Assembly (NCBI GenBank): GCA_010909165.1
Contig: VJWM01000219.1
Location: 1 to 64,000, forward strand
Direction of reading: 5' to 3'
DNA length: 64,000 bases
Source of the DNA: Anthoceros angustus
Taxonomy: Eukaryota > Plantae > Anthocerotophyta
In this document: positions 50,293-63,077 of the stretch, piece by piece
How positions within the stretch are numbered: the first letter of the stretch is position 1
How the letters are laid out: each line of letters starts with the position of its first letter
Made by a program: the position numbers and the translations under genes
The notes under the pieces: model-generated
Told to the model about the DNA's origin: nothing
The model's input: the letters and a program-made list of their open reading frames with translations, nothing else
The model's database searches: none

Positions 50293-51101
50293 TCTCCATT
50301 AAGACTTAATGTACACTTTGAAATATCTATAGTGTCTGAACTCTCTAAAAAAGAAAAAACAAGGCCTTAAAGCTTAATCCTGCTTAGGAACCCGTTTTTC
50401 TTGCTGGGAGGAACGCAGTCATTGCAGGGACCCTTGAGCTCTTGCTTCAAGGAACCTTCACTTTTTTTTTTCTGGGAGGAACACAGTCCGACTGCAGGAT
50501 CCCCTGGGGCTCCACACTCGGGGTACGAGGTTCCGCCTTTTTCTTGTGGGTCTTGGAAGGAGAAGAAGCTATGGGGTTCTTGCTGACGAGACTTGCTCTC
50601 ACGGGATTAGGTTTAATTGCAGGAGGCTTCATCAAGTGGTCAGGCCTGACCAAGACCTGAAGGACTATTATCTTGTCTTTTTGATGTAGACACTTTTTAG
50701 TACCGTACCAGCATGCAATTCCCAGGGACGGCCGCCCGGCCGCCTGAAAGCAGAGTCTCCTTCTCGTTTTATAACAAAATGCTGCATTACATCCCCGTGA
50801 CGTACATACGGTCGGTCTCCCTTGGGCCTTTGAGCCGTTTGGTTTTTGAATGGGGATCTGCCTACAGCGCAGCTGCGGATCTGTGGGATCTACTTTTGCA
50901 CAACCGAGAGTAGTGATCATCCAAGGTGCCATAGCGCCCGCTCTAGCAGGCACATGTTACTACCACCGGCATATCTATCTGGTGGAAGACGTGAAGTCTC
51001 CTTCTGCCAACTCCAAAGGACAGTTCGAATCCAGAATCTGGTGCTGAGGGATGTTACCGGAAGTTCTCATGCATGCCTGGTGGCACGTACGAAAGTGTGG
51101 C

Positions 51102-53818
51102 GGGCAGAAGAGCACGTCACACTTTCAGGCCTCGGCCACTAAAGACGTACTGGGTGTAGATTTCTGGTCAAAAACACTAGCTTCTTTTAAGAAGATGTGC
51201 ACCAATACTCATCTTCAGCTGCCGCGTTGCTCTCACCAACACCGTCAATTGCAGCTTCACGATTGCAGCATTCCAATTGCAGCGCACTGCTTCTGTTGTC
51301 TGATGCAGACCTGCACCTGGCGGAGCGAAGAGGTCAGACTACTGTACAGAGTCACTGCTCAGTTTGACATCCATACACAATGGCTGGAAATTAGCTGATG
51401 TTCTCGGGGTCGATGAATCAGACAGTTACAGAAGGCTGGCTTCTTGTCCATTAATGATTCAGCTGGCCGCTCGAGAGAGAAACTTGTGTTATGTTTCTCC
51501 CACCGACCAGTCATGAAGGTTCTCGTGTTGATGGAACGTGCCTCCCCGCTCAAGCCCTTGGGTAGTTAAAAGTGCAACATTTTGGACGGGTGCCTCTGGT
51601 CTCCTGCTGAATGTGTGGACGTCCTGATCATGCTCAATCCAGCTCTGGCCAGGTTCCTTGACCCCTGTCCTCAGTCTCAGGTCATCTATCTCCCGTGCCG
51701 ACACCCACATTCCAGCTTGTGAATAGATATTTGACATGAGCACATATGATCAATGTTTTGGCTGCAAGTTGACTGCTCGATCAAAGGCTCTTCTTCCCAG
51801 TGCTACATTTCCATGTTTCCGGCCTGGCAATGACAACCACATGGTCAGATTAGGGTCCACCGGCATTTTCAACAAAACACAGCTTCTGCCAAGCTCAAGT
51901 CCTGCGCGACCGAAGAGGTCAGCGAGTACCATAATGCTCTGAGGCGAGATACCAATCTCTGATCATGGCTTGAAAGTACTCCAGGCCTTGTCCACCATGC
52001 CAGCATGGCTGCATGCGGATAGGAGCGAGAGGAAAGTCACTGCTTGGCTCTAAGCCTGTCACACATATCTTCAAACAGTTCTACACTCGTGGTGTAGTGT
52101 CCTTGAGGCGTACCGGCAATTAACTCAAGCCCGCAGGCTTTTCTGGGGTAGTGAGTCAAAAACAAATCGAGCATCTAACATGCACCCACATTTGCTGGCA
52201 GGCATGAAGGCAGTTCAACCAACCAGCTGCCGTCAAGGCCACTGCTTACGAGTGGATTTGATAACAGTTCCTCAAAGCTCCAATGTTGCTGCTTCTAACA
52301 TGCACAAGAACGTGATTTCATCTGGTTTGACACCTGTGCGCATCCAGGCATAAAGTTGCAGCCTTCTCCCCTCTTCATGCTGGGCATAGCCAGCAAGCAT
52401 CGCATTCCATGATAAATCTCGCTGGGCCAACCTGTAAACACATCTTCCGCAGTTCTGATGCTCCCAGTTTTGCATACATGCTAAAGAGTTGCAGAAAAAT
52501 AGATCTGAGTTGAACCCCATCTGAAAAGCTTCAGCATGTATCTCTTCCCCATGCGGAGACTGCACTTTGATGGCTTGCCCATCAACAAGACTACTTTCTT
52601 CCTTCTCTGCAAGGAGACCATGCTTGAAGCACACTAGCGAAAGTGTGCCCATCAGGAGAAACGCCTTCCTTCTCATCCGTCCATAAAGGTCCATAGCCTT
52701 CTCTGCACGGTCCTGCTGGGCGTATCCTGCAACCATTTTCCACGACACCACATTGCGCTGGGACAGTCTATCAAACACATATTCTGCATCTCTGACGCTC
52801 CCGCACTTTGTGTAAACACTAACAAGCGTGGTGCCAACAAACACATTCGACTCCATACCTTTCGAGCTTCGCCGTGTAATGTTTTCAGCTTCAGTCCCTC
52901 CACCTTAACCACCTGGCCGTCCACCAGGATGCTTTCCTCCTTCTCAGCAATGCTGCAGCAATCACAAGGTCGGTGATCAGGAGTAACACCTGCTGCATTC
53001 GCTCATACAGCACAAAAGCCTCCTCTCCTTGGTTGCTGGGCGTATCCTGCAAGCAGTCCATGACACCACATTGCGCTGAGGCAACCTGTCAAACACATGT
53101 CGAGCGTCAGATAAGCTTCCACACTTGACGTACATGTCGACCAGCGCTGCACCCACAAACAAATCAACCTCACATCCCTGCCTCACCATGTCCGCATGGA
53201 TTCGCTTCCTTCTTCCGGGTCTGGCTCCACACGCTCTGAGTAAGCTCGTGAACGTATACTTGTTGGCCTCCACACCTTCCTGCTGCATTTGCTGATACCC
53301 TTTCAAAGCCTCCTCCATCTCCCAGCCTTACAGTACCCCGAAATGATGACCGTCCAGGTATAACCTGTTCTGCGAGACAATTTCCCAAACACCTGCAGCC
53401 CATCTGCAAGGCCTCTTACCATTGCCTCCACCACAGATTCACCCAAATACATGTTCGATTCCAGCCCACTTTTCACCAAATGGGCATGCACCTGCCCCTG
53501 CCAGGCCTTGTTCTGCATGCACCTTCAGTAGCTTGTCGTACACTTGCACGGAGGGCATGCTGCCTGGTTGCTCCATAACCTCCAGAGCCTTCTCCAGCCA
53601 TCCCTGACTGGGTGCCATCTGGCCAGCTAGGGCTGGCCCTGACAGTCAGAGCCATACCAGCACACGTTTTCCTGTTAGTGCCACACATGCCAGCATAGTA
53701 GTGTGCTGCACATACATTGCAGACAGTATACCAAAACCTCTGATGGCAGCATAAGGTGGATTCTTCTCACCGTGCATTTTCATCTTAGGTCCACTACGGA
53801 CTATACTTAAGGGGTGGT
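51102..53818 (-). pseudogene. Deletion-riddled tandem copy of the PPR locus at 53819-56693 (pseudogene or assembly false duplication)
   Basis: Collinear with 53819-56693 but about 155 bp shorter through scattered small deletions, with few substitutions; all frames are broken. Confidence 0.85.
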
Positions 53819-54214
53819 GGGCAGAAGAGCACGTCACACTTTCAGGCCTCGGCCACTAAAGACGTACTGGGTGTAGATTTCTGGTCAAAAACACTAGCTT
53901 CTTTTAAGAAGATGTGCACCAATACTCATCTTCAGCTGCCGCGTTGCTCTCACCAACACCGTCAATTGCAGCTTCACGATTGCAGCATTCCAATTGCAGC
54001 GCACTGCTTCTGTTGTCTGATGCAGACCTGCACCTGGCGGAGCGAAGAGGTCACAGACTACTGTACAGAGTCACTGCTCAGTTTGACATCCATACACAAT
54101 GGCTGGAAATTAGCTGGGATATGTTCTCGGGGTCGATGAATCAGACAGTTACAGAAGGCTGGCTTCTTGTCCATTATGCTTCGACTGTGTGGCCGCTCAA
54201 GAGAGAAACTTGTG

Positions 54215-56569
54215 TTATGTTTCTCCCACCGACCAGTCATGAAGGTTCTCGTGTTGGATGGAACGTGCCTCCCGCTCAAGCTCCCCTTGGAGTTTAGTTA
54301 AAAGTGCATACAACATTTTGGACTGCGGGTGCCTCTGGTCTCCTGCTACGAATGTGTGGACGTCCTGATCATGCTCAATCCAGCTCTGGCCAGGTTCCTT
54401 CCAAGCCCCTGTCCTCAGTCTCAGGTCATCTATCTCCCGTGCCGACACCCACATTCCAGCTTGTGAATAGATATTTGACATGAGCACATATGCCGCACAA
54501 TGTTTTGGCTGCAAGTTGACTGCTCGATCAAAGGCTCTTCTTCCCAGTGCTACATTTCCATGTTTCCGGCAGGCCCCAAGCAATGACAACCACATGGTCA
54601 GATTAGGGTCCACCGGCATTTTCAACAGCACAGCTTCTGCCAAGCTCAGAAGTCCTGCGCGACCGAAGAGGTCAGCGAGAGTACCATAATGCTCAACTGA
54701 GGGCGAGATACCATAATCTCTGATCATGGCTTGAAAGTACTCCAGGCCCTTGTCCACCATGCCAGCATGGCTGCATGCGGATAGGAGCGAGAGGAAAGTC
54801 ACTCCGCTTGGCTCTAAGCCTGTCATACACATGTCTTCAAACAGTTCTACACTCGTGGTGTAGTGTCCTTGACGGGCGTACCCGGCAATTAATGCACTCC
54901 AAGCCCGCAGGCTTTTCTGGGGTAGTGAGTCAAAAACAAATCGAGCATCTAACATGCACCCACATTTGCTGTAGGCATGAATAAGAGCAGTTCCAACCAA
55001 CCAGCTGCCGTCAAGGCCACTGCTTACGACATTGCAGTGGATTTGATAACAGTTCCTCAAAGCTCCAATGTTGCTGCACGCTTCTAACATGCACAAGAAC
55101 GTGATTTCATCTGGTTTGACACCTTGTGCACGCATCCAGGCATAAAGTTGCAAAGCCTTCTCCCCCTCTTCATGCTGGGCATAGCCAGCAAGCATCGCAT
55201 TCCATGATACCAAATCTCGCTGGGCCAACCTGTAAAACACATCTTCCGCAGTTCTGATGCTCCCAGTTTTTGCATACATACTTACTAAAGAGTTGCAGAA
55301 AAATAGATCTGAGTTGAACCCCATCTGAAAAGCTTCAGCATGTATCTCTTCCCCCATGCGGAGACTCCGCACTTTGATGGCTTGCCCATCAACAAGACTA
55401 CTTTCTTCCTTCTCTGCAAGGAGACCACATGCTTGAAGCACACTAGCGAAAGTGTGCCCATCAGGAGAAACGCCTTCCCTTCTCATCCGTCCATAAAGGT
55501 CCATAGCCTTCTCTGCACGGTCCTGCTGGGCGTATCCTGCAACCATTGCATTCCACGACACCACATTGCGCTGGGACAGTCTATCAAACACATATTCTGC
55601 ATCTCTGACGCTCCCGCACTTTGTGTAAACACTAACAAGCGTGGTGCCAACAAACACATTCGACTCATACCCTTTCCGAGCCGCTTCGCCGTGTAATGTT
55701 TTCAGCTTCTGCAGTCCCTCCACCTTAACCACCTGGCCGTCCACCAGGATGCTTTCCTCCTTCTCAGCAATGCTGCCGCATGCTTGAAGCACAATCACAA
55801 AGGTCCGGTGATCAGGAGTAACACCTGCCTGCTGCATTCGCTCATACAGCACAAAAGCCTCCTCTCCTTGGTTCTGCTGGGCGTATCCTGCAAGCATAGC
55901 AGTCCATGACACCACATTGCGCTGAGGCAACCTGTCAAACACATGTCGAGCGTCAGATAAGCTTCCACACTTGACGTACATGTCGACCAGCGCTGCACCC
56001 ACAAACAAATCAACCTCACATCCCTGCCTCACCATGTCCGCATGGATTCGCTTCGCTTCTTCCGGGTCTGCCAAGCCTCCACACGCTCTGAGTAAGCTCG
56101 TGAACGTATACTTGTTGGCCTCCACACCTTCCTGCTGCATTTGCTGATACCCTTTCAAAGCCTCCCTCCATCTCCCAGCCTTACAGTACCCCGAAATGAT
56201 GACCGTCCAGGTATAACCTGTTCTGCGAGACAATTTCCCAAACACCTGCAGCCCATCTGCAAGGCCTCCGCATCTTACCATTGCCTCCACCACAGATTCA
56301 CCCAAATACATGTTCGATTCCAGCCCACTTTTCACCAAATGGGCATGCACCCGCTTTGCCCCTGCCAGGGCCTTGTTCTGCATGCACACCTTCAGTAGCT
56401 TGTCGTACACTTGCACGGAGGGCATGCTGCCTGGTTGCTCCATAACCTCCAGAGCCTTCTCCAGCCATCCCTGACTGGGTGCCATCTGGCCAGCTAGGGC
56501 TGGCCCTGAGTCCAGGCAGAGCCAGCATACCAGCACACGTTTTCCTGTTAGTGCCACACATGCCAGCAT
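54215..56569 (-). CDS. PLS-class PPR protein with E1-E2-E+ C-terminus and no DYW domain (organelle RNA-editing factor type), 784 aa, single exon
   Basis: P-L-S triplets (..ALVDMYVKCGSLSDARHVFDRLPQRNVVSWTAML..); C-terminus WLSLLGACRKHG..AYVLMSNIY..WKEPGQSWIE..HTFVAGDQRHPQ then stop. The true start may lie ~90 bp upstream. Confidence 0.95.
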   Translation of the reverse strand: MLACVALTGKRVLVCWLCLDSGPALAGQMAPSQGWLEKALEVMEQPGSMPSVQVYDKLLKVCMQNKALAGAKRVHAHLVKSGLESNMYLGESVVEAMVRCGGLADGLQVFGKLSRRTGYTWTVIISGYCKAGRWREALKGYQQMQQEGVEANKYTFTSLLRACGGLADPEEAKRIHADMVRQGCEVDLFVGAALVDMYVKCGSLSDARHVFDRLPQRNVVSWTAMLAGYAQQNQGEEAFVLYERMQQAGVTPDHRTFVIVLQACGSIAEKEESILVDGQVVKVEGLQKLKTLHGEAARKGYESNVFVGTTLVSVYTKCGSVRDAEYVFDRLSQRNVVSWNAMVAGYAQQDRAEKAMDLYGRMRREGVSPDGHTFASVLQACGLLAEKEESSLVDGQAIKVRSLRMGEEIHAEAFQMGFNSDLFFCNSLVSMYAKTGSIRTAEDVFYRLAQRDLVSWNAMLAGYAQHEEGEKALQLYAWMRAQGVKPDEITFLCMLEACSNIGALRNCYQIHCNVVSSGLDGSWLVGTALIHAYSKCGCMLDARFVFDSLPQKSLRAWSALIAGYARQGHYTTSVELFEDMCMTGLEPSGVTFLSLLSACSHAGMVDKGLEYFQAMIRDYGISPSVEHYGTLADLFGRAGLLSLAEAVLLKMPVDPNLTMWLSLLGACRKHGNVALGRRAFDRAVNLQPKHCAAYVLMSNIYSQAGMWVSAREIDDLRLRTGAWKEPGQSWIEHDQDVHTFVAGDQRHPQSKMLYALLTKLQGELEREARSIQHENLHDWSVGET

Positions 56570-57092
56570 AGTAGTGCTGCTGCATACATTGCAGACAGTA
56601 TACCAAAACCTCTGATGGCAGCATAAGGTGGATTCTTCTCACCGTGCATTTCTATCTTAGGTCCACTACGGACTATACTTAAGGGGTGGTGGGTACACAG
56701 TCACTCCCACCTTCTTCACGTTGCATCACGTCGCACGTCGAGCTCACACTGGTGGGCTATTTAACGTGGAAAGCTAGGGTTGTATCTGTCATTCGAAAAG
56801 GGGCGACAGAGAGCGCGAGATCAGCGCTATGTTCGCTTGCGAAAAGGGCGGGGCCCATTGGCAATCTTTTGAAGGCTCATCTCGTCCAACCAGCTCATAT
56901 CCATTCTCTTGTGCCTGAAGGCGGGATGCTGTCGATCTGCTTTCCCACCCTGCAGCACGGTGCGAGCGTAGACTGCGCACTTCTTGTGTGTCATTCTTGT
57001 GGCCTTGATTGGCAGTTGAAACTGTGCTCGATCAGTGCTCTGTGCCTGAGAAGGTTTGCGTAGCAGTGGGTGAGAGCCTCCGAGGAAATGCC

Positions 57093-60000
57093 ATGTACGA
57101 CACACGCAGCTTCCAGATCCAGCACGTGCTGTTTTGTGTGGGTCATGAAGGTGCCCAGCATGCCGACTTCAGGCTCAAGAGAATGGAGGGGCCAATTTTA
57201 CTGCATCATCACCCTTGGAAGCCCCCTTGGTTGTCTTCTCGGCATGCCAGGTTGATGGGGACGTGTGGATCGGTGTCTAGGCGGACGCTGGCAACTGGAA
57301 GCACGGGACGTGATTGGTAATGGGCTCCTGCACTGAGTGACTGCCAAGCTCTCCGAGGGAGAATGCGGAAGAGGAAGTGTTGTTTTGGTGTTTGCAGGGA
57401 TGCACCGTGTGAGGATGGGGTTCTGGTTTTTGCAGGACGGAGAGAAACCCTCAGCATGCTTTTGAATTGCGACGCTTGTGTGAGGAGGGAGAGCTGGAAA
57501 AGGCTGTGGATGCCTTCATCGGAGGGGAGCAGCATGGGAGTGTGCCTTCAGTGCAGTTGTACAGGATGGTGTTACAAGCATGTGCAAAGAAGAAGGCTCT
57601 TGCTGAGGCGAGGCGAGTACACGCCCACTTGGCAAAGAATGGGCTGGAGTTGAACAGGTATTTGGGTGATTGTGTTGTAGAGACTCTGGTGAAGTGTGGC
57701 AGCCTTGAAGGTGCTCTGGAAGTGATGGAGAGATTGTCGTACCGATCTGTGTTCATGTGGACGACAGTAATTTCAGGTCACTGCAAGTTGGGGCAGTGGC
57801 GGCAGGCTCTAGAAATCTACCGGCAGATGCAAGATGACGGTGTGGCGCCCAACAAGTACACATTTGTGGCTGTACTTAAAGCTGCTGGCAGCTTAGCCCT
57901 CTTGAAGGAGGGCAAGCGGATCCACGGTGACATTGTGAGACAAAGGTGTGAGGCTGACGTGTTTGTCGGTACATCTCTGATTGATATGTATGCTAAGTGT
58001 GGAAACGTTGCTGATGCGCGGGATGTTTTTGACCATTTGGCTCAGCGCGACGGAGCATCCTGGAATGCCATGCTTGTAGGGTACGCTCGGCATGATGCAC
58101 AGGAGGCCTTGCGGCTCTTCGCCATAATGCGAAGCAAAGATGTTAGGCCAAACAACCGAACCTTTGTGAGTGTGCTGCAAGCATGTGGGTACCTTGCAGA
58201 TAATGAAGAGGGCATTCTTGTTGATGGACAGGTGTTTAGGGTGGAGTCAATGCAAAAGGGGAAGGCACTGCATGCTGAAACCGCTCTTGAGGGTTATGGG
58301 TCTGATGTGTTTGTGGTGAACACGCTCATTGGAATGTATGCCAAGTGTGGGAGTATCAGGGATGCGGAGTTCGTATTTGACAGTTTGTTGCACCGAAATG
58401 TGGTGTCATGGAGTGTAATGATTTCAGCATATGCTCAGCAGGGGCAAGGGCATAAGGCTTTGGAGATTTACAGAGAAGTTCAAGAGAAGGGCATAACTCC
58501 AGACTGTTGGACAACATCTTGTGCACTTCGGGCCTGTAGTGGCCTTGCAGATACCGAAGAGAGTGTTGTTGTGGATGGAGAATTCGTCAAAATAGTCTCC
58601 CTGAGAAAGGTCAAGGAATTCCATGCTGATGCTGTGGACTGTAGCTATGACTTAGTCCCTTGTGTTGCTCACACGCTCATGACAATGTATGCCAAGTGTG
58701 GCAGCATTGTGGATGCTCAACTTGTGTTTGACAGATTGCCCCAACGTGATGTAGTTTCCTGGAATTCGTTGCTTTCAGGATACTCACAACAGAAAGAGCC
58801 AAAGAAGAGGAAGAGAGTTTGGGAACTTTATGGCCAAATGTTAGATCATGGTTTCAGACCAAATCAGCGAACCTTTGCCATTTTGCTCCAAGCCTGTAGC
58901 TACTCTGCAGAACTTCAAGGTATTGGTACGTCATCTGGGAAAGTGGCAGCCTTGCATCAGGGCAAGTTGTTACATGCTCAAGCAGTTCTGAGCGGGTACG
59001 AGTCAGATGTATTTGTCAACACCAGCCTCGTCAGTATGTATGCAAAATGTGGGAGCATCTTGGATGCCCAACATGTGTTTGATACTCTGCCCAGGCGGAA
59101 TGTAGTGTCGTGGACGGCAATGATTGCAGGATTTGCACAGCAGGAGAAGGTTGAGGAGGTTCTCAAGCTATATAGTCAGATGCAGGAGGAAGATATTAGT
59201 CCAAACGAATGGACCTTCGCCACTGTGCTCCAAGCATGCAGTGTTCTCTCAGGAAATGAAGGTGGTGTGCTTGTGGATGGCAACGCAGTGAAATTGAGCT
59301 CATTGACAAAGATCAAAGCATTACATGCTGCAGCTTCCTCTAGGGGACATGGTGCAGAGGTCTTTGTCGGTACTACTCTTTTGAATTTGTATGCGAAGTG
59401 TGGAAGTCTAGGCGACGCAGAGTATGTGTTTCGCATGATGTGCCACCGCACTGTAGCATCATGGAATGCAATGCTTGCAGGATATGCACAGCATGGCCAA
59501 GGAGACAAAGCGTTGGAGCTGTATGACCATATGAAAGGTGATAATATCCAGCCAGATGGTTGGACATTTGCTAGTTTGGTTCAAGCATGTGGCAGCATCG
59601 CCGACAAGGAAGAGAATCCTAAACCTGGTCTAGCTGTGAAAGTGGAAGCACTGCATAAAGGGAAGGTCTTGCACTCTGAAGCCATTCAAAGCGGTTATGA
59701 ATCCAATGTTTTTCTCTCCAACAGCCTTGTTAGCCTGTACTCAAAGTGTGGGAGCCTCATCGATGCACAGCTTGTGTTCAATAGAATGTCTCATCAGGAT
59801 GTAGTCTCCTGGACGGCCATGATTGTAGGATGTGTACAGCAGAATCAAGGAGAGAAGGCCTTGGAGCTGTATTGGCAAATGCAGGAGGATGGGGTCATGC
59901 CGGATGACCAGACCTTTGTTACCGCCCTCAAGGCATGTAATGTGCTGGCAGGGCAAGAGGAAAGCACCTGTGTGGATGTGGAACTTGTGAAAGTTGATGC

Positions 60001-61453
60001 ATTACGTAATGTGCAGGCAATACATTTTGAGGCTGCTTTGAATGGTGTCGAGTCTTCAAATTTTCTACCCAAAGCACTTATTGGTGCTTATGTCAAATGT
60101 GGCAGCATTTTACAGGCAAGGCATGTGTTTGACAATGTTTGTGAACGAAACGTTGATTTATGGAATGTGATGATAACAGCCTATGTCCAGCTGAAGGAAG
60201 GGGGAAAGGCTTTGGACTTGTATCATCACATGCTGGAGGCATCTATTCCTCCTGACTATGATACATTTGTCTCTTTGTTTCAAGCATGTGGCAGCCTCGC
60301 CCAGCACGAAGAGAGCATTTTTGTGGACGGGCAGTGTATCAAAGCTGAAGCTTTGCAATTTGGGAAGGCAATTCATGCCCAAGCTGTATGCAGGCTCTCC
60401 AAGCCGGATATCTTTTACTGCAACGTTCTTGCTAGTCTTTATGTGAAGTGTGGCAGCATCAGGGATGCAGAAGATGCATTCACAGGATTGGAGATAAAAG
60501 ACGTGGTGTCTTGGAATGTTCTGTTGGCAGGTTATGCACATCTTGGTGAAGGCGACAGAGCCCTGAAATTGTATTCCCAAATGCAGCAGGAATGTGCGGA
60601 AGTAGATGAAGTAACATATTTGTGCGTCCTAAAATCATGTTGCCAGTTGGGAGCCCTGAATACCTGTCTTCAGATTTACCAAGATGTTGTAGATAGAGGA
60701 TTAGAGCGCAGTCCTTGCGTGGCAACAGCTCTCATCCAAGCTTTCGGCAAGTGTGGAAGTATGGTGGATGCAAGGTCTGTGTTTGACTCTGTGTCCCAGG
60801 ATAATGTGTGGTCATGGAATTCACTAATTGCAGGATATGCTAGTCAGGGACAGTATGAGATGAGCGTGCAGTGCTACGAGGACATGCGTCTAGCAGGAAT
60901 AAACCCGAACGGTGTAACATTCTGCTCTCTTTTGTCTGCTTGCAGTCATGCTGGCATGGTAGACGAAGGCCTGGAGTACTTTGAATCTATGGTCAAAGAT
61001 CATGGCATCACTGCAACAATTGAGCACTATGGCAGCATGATTGACCTTTGCGGTCGTGCAGGACTGTTCAGACAGACGGAAGAGCTGCTGTTGATGATGC
61101 CAATGGAGCCTAATTTGAACGTGTGGTTGTCATTGCTCGGTGCATGCCGAAAGCATGGGAAAGTAGATCTAGGAAGGAAGGCCTTCGATATTTTAGTCAG
61201 CTTGGAGCCCAAACATGGAGCAGCTTATTTACTGATGTCAAATATTTACGCTCATGCTGGCATGTTTGATTGTGCCATGGAGATCCAGAAGTTGAGAGAC
61301 GCTTCAGGAGCATGGATACCGCCTGGCCTGAGCTGGGTTGAGCATGGACTAGAGAGGCATACTTTTATGGTGGGAGCTGGCAGGAAGCATCAGCAGGAGG
61401 GAATTCTGTTTACTTTCTTGGATACTCTGCTACCGCATTTGGAACTTGCATAG
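57093..61453 (+). CDS. Large PLS-class PPR protein with E1-E2/PG-box C-terminus and no DYW domain; short upstream exon joined by intron 57317-57435 (start codon uncertain)
   Basis: ORF 57467-61453 has about 11 P-L-S triplets and ends WLSLLGACRKHG..AYLLMSNIY..PPGLSWVE..HTF. A GT-AG splice joins ORF 57009-57320 in frame (..GRD-W-TERNPQHAFELRRLCEEG). Confidence 0.93.
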
Positions 61454-61808
61454 TCAAAAACAACGATTATAGTGCCAATCTTTACAGCAGTCATGGTCAT
61501 GCATTGCCTGTCCATTAATGTAGTTCTATTAGTCCGGCTCCGGGGTGGCTCACGAAGCATCATCACCCGCGTGCAGCAAAAATCCCTCAACCCCCAAAGG
61601 ACGAAGCCTGTTTTCTGGTTTTTGGGCTGACTTTCAGCCATTTATGCATTGGTAGATGCAGAAACTTTGGGTGACCTTGTTGTCACTCCCACAAGTGCCA
61701 TCATGCAGAGTTGCGTGCGCTCATTGTTTCAGAAAAAGATAAATTTTCAAATTTTCAATGCGCTGGGGCACCTTATATGCTCACGGTGAGACGGGAAAGG
61801 ATCTTCGT

Positions 61809-62190
61809 GAGCATGGCGAAGAGTTGGGTTAAGCAAGCTGAGACAAAAGCATCTCCACTCCGGAGAGGGGCATGGCAAAGAGTTGGGTTGAACAAGCTGA
61901 GACGGGGAAGCATCTTCACTCCGGAGAGGGGCATGGCAAAGAGTTGGGTTGAACAAGCTGAGACGGGGAAGCATCTTCACTCCGGAGAGGAGCATGGCAA
62001 AGAGTTGGGTTAAGTAAGCTGAGACAAAAGCATCTTCACTCCGGGGAGGAGCATGGCAAAGAGTTGGGTTGAGCAAGTTGAGACGGGAAAGCATTTCACT
62101 CCGGGGAGGAACATAGCAAAGAGTTGGGTTGAGCAAGTTGAGACGAGAGAGCATCTTCATTCAAAGGAGGAGCATGGCAAAGAGTTGGGC
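61809..62190. repeat. ~60-bp tandem repeat, about 6.5 copies
   Basis: GAGCATGGCAAAGAGTTGGGTT.A.CAAG.TGAGAC...AGCATCTTCACTCCGG recurs. Confidence 0.95.
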
Positions 62191-63077
62191 AAACTGTATG
62201 ATGGATTCCTGGCAAGGCTATGAACATCCTCACCAAAAATCACAGCAATGGGAGGTCAGGAGCATGCCTATCTGAATTTACAAACAGACAATTCGACCAT
62301 TCACCGCCCCTGCTGCCTTGGTTCATGGCATCTTTCAGGAATCTCGCCTCCATACCCATTGTTGAGCATTGAGATGGTGTCTATTTTTTCTGCTCTAAAC
62401 ATTGACATGCTCCCTTGAATGCTAGGCGCACGAAGGTTTGAGATGAAATCCCACACTCCAAAACACACGACAATCACTCACTTTCATTAGATTCGTCTTT
62501 TAGCGGTTATCCCGACGGTCCTTTGGCTCATTTTTCATATATTTTATTAAAAAATTATTATTGATTTTTTTTAAAAAAATTTAAAATATAAGAAATCACG
62601 AATATCTAGGTATCCAACGACCTATGACATGCTTGATTCTAACAAAAAGCTGCCCCTAAACGTTTCAAACTATCGACTTTGGGACCACGTCTCGACAGAT
62701 TATTTAGATCTTTTGGAGATGGCAGCGGTCCGACGGGTCGTTTAAGGGTTAACCATCTCCTAGAGATGGCAACGATCTGACGGGTCGTTTAGGAGCGCGG
62801 ACAAACAGTGGGAACAGGGGTTAAGCAATCATTTCTAACGAAAAACAATTTAAACAAAAACCACCTAGACCGACCGAGGGGAGTACCTACAGTGGCGTGT
62901 GTAGTTGTTGGAGCTTGGGAAAGCGATGATCCAATTGGAGATATGGGGGCTTCCTTAGGCGTTTGTGCTGCGTTGTCGGAAGTTGCTGAGGTTGTGAACC
63001 GAATCCGGTTCAGGAAGCCTTAGAGGCAGGTCAGGAGAAGGTGAGCAAAGGGACAGGCGGGAGAGAGTGAGGGGGAG

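Noticed and set aside
50400-51050. ORFs of 66-168 aa
   Set aside because: There is no recognisable homology or splice pattern; probably TE debris.
62500-62800. Short hairpin (GGAGATGG...CCATCTCC) and local duplication upstream of GPT
   Set aside because: Too short to assign as a MITE or Helitron end without a genome-wide search.
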